Shown in pieces: positions 56,540-64,000 of a stretch of DNA of 64,000 nt. Every line of letters starts with the position of its first letter. The stretch's first letter is position 1. The stretch is from the human T2T-CHM13v2.0 reference genome, Homo sapiens. The DNA is taken from NCBI RefSeq assembly GCF_009914755.1, contig NC_060944.1. One strand, given 5' to 3'. Made by a program: the position numbers and the translations under genes. The notes under the pieces are model-generated. The model was not told the DNA's origin and made no database searches. It worked only from the letters and a program-made list of their open reading frames with translations.

Positions 56540-58270
56540 CACATACTTATAACCAACTGATCTTTGGCAAAGCATATAAAAACATAAGTTGGGAAAAGGT
56601 CTATTCCAGTGTTCTCCAGCCTTTTTTTCACCAGGGACTGGTTTCATGGAAGACAATTTTTCCATGGACCAGGGCAGGGTGGATGGTTTTGGGATAAAAC
56701 TGTTTGACCTCAGATCATTAGGCATTAGATTCTCATAAGGAGTGTGCAACCTAGATCCCTTGCATTCACAGTTTACAATAGAGTTAGAGCTCCCATGAGA
56801 GTCTAATGCCCCTGCTGAAGTGACAGAGCTCAAATGGTAATGCTTGCTTACCCCTACCTGCTCACCTCCTTCTGTGCCACCTAGTTCCTTACAGGCCATG
56901 GACAGGTGCTAGTCCATGGTTCAGGGGTTCGGGACCCCTGCCCTATTCAATAAATGGTGCTGGGAAAATTGGATAGCCACATGTAGAAGAATGAAACTAT
57001 CCCTGTCTCTGACCATATATAAAAATTAACTCAAGATGGATTAAAGACTTTAAACATAAGACCTGACACCATAAATATTCTAGAAGAAAACCTAAGAAAA
57101 ACTCTTCTGGACATTGGCTTAGGCAAAGAATTTCTGACTAAGCCCTCAAAAGCAAATGCAACAAAAATAAATAAATAAATGGAGCCTAATTAAACTAAAA
57201 AAATTCTACCCAGTAAAAGAAACAATCATCAGAGCAAACAGACAACCTACAGAATGGGTGAAAATATTTGCAAACTATGCATCTGACAAAGGACTAATAT
57301 CCAGAATCTACAAGGAACTCAAACAAATCAGCAAGAAAAAAAAAAAATAATCTCATTAAAAAGTGGACAAATGACGTGAATAGACATTTCTCAAAAGGAG
57401 ACAGACAAATGGCCAACAAACATAATGAAAAAATGCTGAACATCAATAATCACAGGGTAAATGCAAATTAAAACTGCAGTGAGATAGCACCTTACCCTAG
57501 CCAGAATGGCCATTATTAAAAAGTCAAAAAACAACAGATATTGGTGTGGATGTGGGGAAAAGGGAACTTTTATACCCACTGCTGGTGTGAATGTAAATTA
57601 GTACAATCTCTATGGAGAACAGTATGGAGATTTCTCAAGGAATTAAAAGTAGATCTACCATTTGATCCAGCAACCCCACTACTGGGTATCTACCCAAAGG
57701 AAAAAAAGTCATTATGTCAAAAAGACACCTGCAGGCGTATATTCATTGCAGCACAATTGCAAAGATATGAAATCAACATAAGTGCCCATCAACTGATTAT
57801 TGTATAAAGAAAATGTGGTATATATATCTATATATGTGTATTTGTGTATATATATGTGTGTTTGTGTGTATATACACACATATATATACACCGTGGAATA
57901 CTACTCAGCCATAGTAAAGAACAAAATAATGTCTTTCACAGCAACTTGGATAGAGCTGGAGGCCGTTATTCTAGGTGAAGTAACTCAGGATCAAAAACCA
58001 AATACCACACGTTCTTGGTTATAAGTGGGAGCTAATGCATGGGTATGCAAAGGCATATGGAAAGATATCATGGACATTGGCAACTCAGAAGCGAGGAGTA
58101 TGGGAAGGGGGTGAGGACTGAAAAACTACCTATTGGGTACGATGTACACTACTCGGGTGACGGGTGCACTGAAATCCCAGACTTCACCACTATGCAATTC
58201 ATCCATGTAACCGAAAACCACTTTTACCCCTAAAGCTATTGAAATAAAAAAAATAATAAAGCAAAAAAAA
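56540..58270 (+). mobile_element. 5'-truncated L1PB (PB2/3-like): decayed ORF2 C-terminus and 3' UTR, interrupted by MER1B
   Basis: caactgatctttggcaaag, ccctattcaataaatggtgctgggaaaa, gtagatctaccatttgatccagcaa, tail gctattgaaataaaaaaa. Confidence 0.9.
56607..56940. mobile_element. MER1B (hAT-Charlie), full length
   Basis: caccagggactggtttcatggaagacaatttttccatggacc...ggggttcgggacccctg. 8-bp TSD gtctattc/ccctattc. Confidence 0.9.
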
Positions 58271-58574
58271 AACACCTCTAGTCCCAGCCTGCATCAAATG
58301 CCCTCAGTTGCTTTGCCCTCTCACTGGAAGGAGCACTCCTTGAGGGCATGGTCTAGGTTCACCTTGTTCACAGACTTGCCCCCAACACCTCAAAAGGTGC
58401 CTGGCCGATAGCAGAACTCAATAATCACATGTTTGTTTCAATCTCTCTGTGCTCAAATGCCATATCCTACATTGAATCTAGAGCCACCCACCCCCTTTTA
58501 GACACTATTACAGCACTCAGCTTAACGTCTTCATGGAGCGAATCACTCAAAGTATCCTGTTTATTTGCTTGCTT

Positions 58575-58900
58575 ACTTTTCATTCATTCAACAAATATTT
58601 TACTGGGCACTTATTATATGTCTTGTGCTTTGCCAGCACTTGGGGATATAAGAGAACAAAGAGGCAAAAATCCTTCCTTCCATTGGAGCTTACATTCAAG
58701 AGGGGAACTTGTACAATCAACAGAATAGAAAACTGTCTATAACCTGTGTGACACTCACTGATCAGCTCACTGGGGAATAACAAAATGGAGAAATGGGGCA
58801 GGGAGTGTGTGTGTGTGTGTGTGTGTGTATTTTAGGTGAGGTAGACCTTTGGGAAAAGGGGACATTTAAGCAAAGATTGGATAGCTGGGGGGCACTTGTC
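58575..58900 (-). mobile_element. L2 fragment containing (TG)n at ~58805-58828
   Basis: ttcattcattcaacaaatattttactgggcacttatta...tggagcttacattc. Confidence 0.7.
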
Positions 58901-59686
58901 TGCACTCCCCCATTAGAATATAAATACCAACATGGCCACCACCTTCCCTTTCTCTGTGGCCTCTGTGTCTCCAGAATAGGCACATAGTAGATGCTCAATA
59001 AACATTCTTCAAAGGAAACAAAAAGAGGAGTATATGATTAGACCTTAAAGTAGACAGAAGGGAGATTTTTGTTTTTGTGACCACCCATTGATTAGCGAGA
59101 AAGTGGGAGGGACAGGGGCACTAAATTGAAGGGGTCGTGGGGAGCACATTTTGGTGGGGGCAGGTTAAGACTTACAGGATGGAGATCCTCACTGGATAAG
59201 GTCCCCTCCCCCTTCCCAGCCCCGAGCAAACCTAAGTTCTCCCTCTCCTAAGATTGTGCATGGTCCCTGCTGGTCAGCCAACCTGGCCCCCCTGAATCTC
59301 CCTCCACAGCCTCCCAGCTTCAGAGTTCAGCCATCATCACACTGCCTCCTTTTCTCCCGCACCCCTTCCCTCCTCACCTCCTTTCCTCCCGCCCCCGCCC
59401 CTTCCGCCTCCCGGAGGGGTGTCCCCGCGCCCGGTGGGCACGCCCTCGCCCCGGCGGAGAGGGCGCACAGAGGGGCCTGGGCCGGCGCGCCGGGGCCCCC
59501 GCCCCCAGCCCCTCTCCCCTGCGGGACGCTGTCCCTTTAATAGGCTCCCGCTGCCTGGCGCTCTGCGGCTGGGGAGTAAATTTCTCCCTGTCATCAGGTC
59601 GCGGGGAGAGGAGGAGGAGGAGGAGTTTGTTAATGTTCAGTTTGTTCAGCGGGATCGATGTTTGCTGGCATCGCCTCGCCCTGTCT

Positions 59687-59837
59687 TGTGTGTGTGTGCG
59701 AGGGTGTGTGTGTGTGTTTGTGTGTGTGTGCATATGTGGGGGGTGTGAGTGTGTGTGTGCGAGGAAGCGGGGGTGCGTGCGCGTGTGAGTGCGTGTGTGA
59801 GTGTCTGTGTGTGTGTCTGTGTGTGTGTGTGAGTGAG
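59687..59837 (+). repeat. Imperfect (TG)n tract
   Basis: About 150 bp of interrupted tgtgtg/gcgtgt repeats. Confidence 0.9.
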
Positions 59838-59976
59838 TGAATTCCAGATTTTCTGTCTTTCCAAAACCCGCTCCTGTCCTCTCGCATATCACTCACAGAC
59901 GGGGATCTGACAGCAGCCACAAACCTACAGTGAGTGATCGCTCTCCCCCCGGCACGAATCCGCCATAGAGATCGGC

Positions 59977-60083
59977 GAGGAGGAGGAGGAGGAGGAGGAA
60001 GAAAAGAAGGAGGAGGTGGAGGAGGAGGTGGAGGAGGAGGAGGAGGAGGGAAAGAGGAGAAGGAAGAAGAAGAAAAAGAAGAA
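59977..60083 (+). repeat. (GGA)n/(GAA)n polypurine tract
   Basis: gaggaggagg...gaagaagaaaaagaagaa, almost pure purine. Confidence 0.9.
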
Positions 60084-60227
60084 ACCCACTACCTTCCCAG
60101 GATTGCCTTTTTTTTTTCCTTATCTTTACGCGCGAGTGTGCCTGTGGCGCGTGTGCGCCCCTCGTCCCTTCCATCCGAACCCGGGCTTGGATGTTTAATA
60201 AAGAAATCAAGTGTCTCAACAGTCACC

Positions 60228-60327
60228 AAAAAAAAAAAAAACCGCAAAAACAAAACCAAAAAAATTCCAAAAGCAAAAACAAAAAAGAGAGAGGAAAAAA
60301 AATTCAAAATAAACAAACAAACAAACA
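60228..60327 (+). repeat. A-rich low-complexity tract (A14, (CAAA)n)
   Basis: A14 at 60228-60241, further A runs and aaacaaacaaacaaac. Confidence 0.85.
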
Positions 60328-60574
60328 AGGCAGAACCAACCTCTACTTCAAAGCAGCCGGCACAAGCCACCCGTGTCTGCCACCCAGAGAGGGGGGTCTC
60401 TGGCCCGTGGTGGAGGAGTTGCAGGGGGGATCGTCAGGGGGACAGAGGCCGAGTGACGTCCTAGGAGCCACCGGGCAAGAGGCGGAGGAGACCCAGAGAG
60501 GCCAGAGAGACAGCGGGCCCCAGCGCGCGGCTCGGGGCTGGGGCGCCAGAAGTGGGACTGGAGCGAAGTAGAGG

Positions 60575-60614
60575 ATGCCGAGGAGAAAACAGCAGGCACC
60601 CAAGCGGGCGGCAG
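60575..60614 (+). CDS. TSHZ2: Coding part of exon 1 of teashirt zinc finger homeobox 2 (13 codons + 1 nt, phase-1 intron follows)
   Basis: ATGCCGAGGAGAAAACAGCAGGCACCCAAGCGGGCGGCAG = MPRRKQQAPKRAA+G. MPRRKQQAP is the teashirt-family N-terminus, and KRAAG distinguishes TSHZ2 from TSHZ1/3 (recalled). A at -3, inside a CpG island, followed directly by a consensus donor CAG|GTAAGA. Confidence 0.95.
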
Positions 60615-63600
60615 GTAAGAGAAACGGCTCCGCTTCGGGGCTGCCCTGTGCGCCGAGCTCCTCGCCCGCCCTCCTTGCCCCTGGGTGCCCGGGGGCACCA
60701 CCCACTTAAGCTTTCGGGGGAGTTTGCGCCGGGTGCCCTTCTAATAACCCCGTCCTCTCTCGCCTTCTCTGGTCTCCCAAATCCTCCCCTTCCAAGCTCC
60801 GGTTGGGTTGGGGTGAGCTATCCCACCAAGCCTTTCCTCCTTAAACTTTCTTTCCTCCACCCTCTACCCCACCCCTAACTTTCTTCCAGTCTGTTTCTTG
60901 CCTCTCGGGCCAAAGTCGGATTGAGGATTTGGGGTGCGGAGTAGGGAGACAGCCCCTCCACCCCTGCATCCCTCTGCGTGGTCAGTGCCAGTGGCTTTTG
61001 GCCTCCAGGGATAGCGTCTCCTCTCACTGGGGCTTGGGGCGCTGAAGTGTGAGGCATACCTAACACTCGGGCTGCAGGCAGGCTTTGGGGCCAGCAATAG
61101 GAGTTTAGCGTTGATCACCAAGGTGGACAAAATGCCCCCAGGAAATGGATGACTCTTTGCATATATTTTCTAAAAGGATCCATATTTGGAAATGTAATTA
61201 ACAATTTCCCTATTCTTTAAAAAAACCAAAAAGGGTTGTAGGGGGGAAATTCCCCATAGAAATTTAAACAGCTCTGGATTTTCTTTGCCTAGAGAGTTGC
61301 AAACTTTGTGAAATGATTCGTACTGTAAAAACTATCCCATCTGAATCCTTACTGCCCCCTAAAAAAGATAAGAACAGGTTAATGGATCAGTACAATAGAC
61401 CTTCTAAAGTTTTTTTTTCTTTTGGGTTGCTTAATTGCTTTTTTAATAGTATGCTGGGGTTTTGTTTCTCGGAAATGTAATATGAAAGTTCATTTTTCTT
61501 CTGCCAGACCCACCCACTGAAAAATCAGCTTTCCACTTGATTGCTAGTTTTGATTTGACATTTGATTGATCACCTGTCATCTCGCTGCCTTTGATCTATT
61601 CATTCTTGATATATATCAATAAATCACTCACCATGGTAACTCAGAGTGCCAGTGACGCAAACCTTGCCCTCTATATTCAGAGCCAGACATGCACAATTAT
61701 TATCTTGTTTGGCTTTTAATGTGGGCGTTTTTATTTCTTTGTGTCCTTTAGTTGAATCAGGGCTTTCGCAAAAAGCTTAAGTTTAGTTGTTTTTTCCTCT
61801 CTCTCTGTCTTTACCCTCTTGATTTAGGCAACATTAGGTAAGACTGGTCTTCTGCAGACCCACCTCCACATTTCATTCTGTTCCAACTCTAGCAAAACAT
61901 AGGGAGAAGTTTGGTGGAACACTTTCATAAACTTTGCAAAGTCACCCTTAGAACAAATCCAAAGTTAGTTAGGAATCTGAGGAGAGTGGGCATCCCTTGT
62001 CTGAATGTGTTGAACCACCAAGCTCATCCTCCTTCCTCGCCTGAGTGTTTCAAAATATCCACAATTATCATTCCTTCTGAGCACAGAATTGCTTCCCTAT
62101 TTGTAAGTTGGTTCAAGTGGCATGCAGAAATATTGATAAAGCGTGGATTCATATATTTTCTGATCGTTTCCCTAAAAGCAAAATAATTAAAATATTTTTA
62201 GTGAGGTACGTATTTGGAACTTGCCTCATCAGTGAGGTTTTCTTTTTTCAACTCTAGTTACTTCTTTGGAAAACAATGTCTCTTTCCTACCGTTGTCTCT
62301 TTCTGCATTTAACTCACTGATTTCCTAAAACTTAGGCTGCTTTGCAATCTGACAGCGTGTGGATGTGTTCAATGGCCTTTGAGACCCAGGAACAGTGAGC
62401 CTGCTGCATCTAGTTCTGGCAACATAAGTTTAAGTGTAGCTACATTATTAGAGATAACGTCCTTATTGTTGTCCCGAAAGAGAACCCTGGGCTACGGTCC
62501 AGCAAGAAGTGATACTGCCCTGAAAATTACTCTTTTTTTTTTTCTGGTTGTTCCGGTAAAGACTATCAACAACTAGGCAGTAATTTAAATTACCAGAATG
62601 ACTGGACATGTCTCCTTTAGTAAGCTCATTACAAAAAGTGCATTGCTCAGAATTGCTCGACTTTGATTATAATTATCCTACGATCGATAAGGATCCAGGT
62701 GTACGTAACATAACACTGTATCACATTATTTAAATCAGGTCCTTTTCATTAAGCTGTGTCTGTTGGTGCTGGCTAGTTTATTGGTGTGTGTGGGTGTGTG
62801 GGGGTGTGTGTGTGTGTGTGTTAGAAACTTGTAACTATAGTTTCAGTTTTCTGGCCTATTATATTCCTACTGTCTTTGTATGTTTGTTTTGTATGATTCT
62901 TATTATTTTCACCAGAAGCGGAAACCCTTTTTAAGCTGAAAAAGGATGATTCATTTCGTACACAGTGAGGGCCCTCTTACCTTATTTATTTGCTCACATA
63001 TTAATAGAGGAGACAGTTTTTCATGCAGTGTTTCTTCTGTTCATCTAAGGTCATCAATGCCCTACTCTATTTCAGCTGAAGTGGTTATTCACAAGTAAAG
63101 TTAGCCACTTTGGGGTTCTGTAGTCAGTTAACATCCAGGGAAGGGGAGAAGGTGGGTTCTAAGATTATGGCCATACTAACTTTTATCACTGCTTAAAATT
63201 AAACACAATGCACAACTGTAAGTAATTACACCCAAGGACTGATGTTGAAAGCTTGATTTCTAGCTTGATTAATGAATAATGGGAGATAGAAAAAGCCTGT
63301 GAGTGGATCCGAGCTGAGGCTCTCCCGGAGCGCTCTTTTTCCCAAGAACTGTTCCAGGCAATTTGATTCCTTTGTATTATTAGTTATAAGTTCCATGTTT
63401 CAAGGAATCAATTACAGAACTTTCTACTAAAGCAGGTATCTAAACAGAATAAACAAGATGATATTGTAAGTGATGAGGAATTTTAGTCTTTATTTGTTAT
63501 GTTCCTCCCCCTTCAGGGGGAAGGGATGTGAGGGGACAATTCTCTTTAAGGAAACAGCTAAATCAGAGTATTTCCCTCTGAAATGTCATTCTTCCTGGCT

Positions 63601-64000
63601 TTCTTAAGCTATGCTATTCCACCATACTATTACTTAGGGCAAGAAAAAAAAAGTTGAGAAAGCAGCCTACAGTACCCCAGGGGTTTGTGTTGTGTGTGCA
63701 TGCTTGCTTCCTTGGATGTATATTTCACTCACCATTAAAATACATCCACTATTACCTGAAAATATTGCAGGATTCAGTACCAGCATTTTCCCCTTCTATG
63801 CATTTCAAGGGAGATAGAGAAAATGGCAGGAAAGTAAAACAGAACGGTGTTTTGATTTGTTTGCATTTTGCAGGATGCAGAGTGGTTAAAAATTTAAAAT
63901 TGTAGACTTAGAATCTAACTCTTGATTTTCTACAGCCTATCTCAGCCTCTGTGCGCGCACATAAATAATACGTATTTTATTTCACCATACTGAACTGCTT
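60615..64000 (+). other. TSHZ2: Start of TSHZ2 intron 1 (5' splice site GTAAGA at 60615)
   Basis: Strong donor CAG|GTAAGA. No acceptor or continuation of the TSHZ2 ORF recognised in the rest of the window. The sequence is almost free of interspersed repeats. Confidence 0.88.
62784..62820 (+). repeat. (TG)n microsatellite
   Basis: Interrupted gtgtgt run. Confidence 0.85.

Larger units (their letters stand above)
59600..60574 (+). other. TSHZ2: Long 5' UTR portion of TSHZ2 exon 1 (TSS position approximate)
   Basis: Lies between the GC-box/TATA-like promoter and the ATG. Contains (TG)n, (GGA/GAA)n and A-rich tracts. The exact TSS cannot be read from sequence. Confidence 0.6.
59380..60760. promoter_or_regulatory. 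CpG island / TSHZ2 promoter
   Basis: Abrupt rise in GC and CpG (ccggcgcgccggggccccccgccccc, cagcgcgcggctcgggg). GC boxes at ~59388-59401 and ~59497-59506, TATA-like TTTAATA at 59536-59542, CRE-like TGACGTC at ~60454. Confidence 0.85.

Noticed and set aside
56366-56899. 177-aa minus-strand ORF
   Set aside because: It lies across non-autonomous MER1B and L1/L2 sequence, with no transposase features.
57541-57807. ORF2-like peptide ([19 protein letters not shown]), also seen at 54166-54375
   Set aside because: These are decayed, frameshifted remnants of 5'-truncated L1s, not functional genes.
59374-59920. Long minus-strand His/Thr-rich ORFs (up to 172 aa)
   Set aside because: They are open only because (CA)n and GC-rich DNA lack stop codons. 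No domain is recognisable.
59934-60464. 176-aa Gly/Glu/Lys-rich ORF on the + strand
   Set aside because: It starts at GTG, is a product of simple repeats, and is out of frame with TSHZ2.
60552-60878. 108-aa ORF spanning the exon 1/intron 1 boundary
   Set aside because: It starts at GTG, is in a different frame from the MPRRKQQAP reading, and runs through the splice donor.

Overview
Primate (most likely human) genomic DNA, not prokaryotic. About 59 kb of repeat-rich intergenic sequence (Alu, L1, L2, MIR, ERVL/MaLR LTRs and many hAT/TcMar DNA-transposon relics) leads into a CpG-island promoter. This is followed by a long first exon on the + strand whose last 40 nt encode MPRRKQQAPKRAA(G), which I recognise as the N-terminus of TSHZ2 (teashirt zinc finger homeobox 2), and then the first ~3.4 kb of intron 1. 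No other protein-coding gene, RNA gene or CRISPR array is supported. The ORF track is essentially repeat-derived noise. I found no wholly new biological system. The best leads are: (i) a lysine/poly(A)-rich 126-codon uORF in frame with TSHZ2 that stops 3 nt before the main ATG; (ii) an Alu fragment that appears to be a locally templated inverted copy of a neighbouring Alu; (iii) an AluY with an odd, transversion-rich mutation spectrum; (iv) a chimeric three-arm Alu; (v) recurrent PBX/MEIS/HOX/TCF motif clusters in the repeat-free islands. Repeat subfamily names come from recalled consensus sequences compared by eye, and boundaries of old repeats are approximate.
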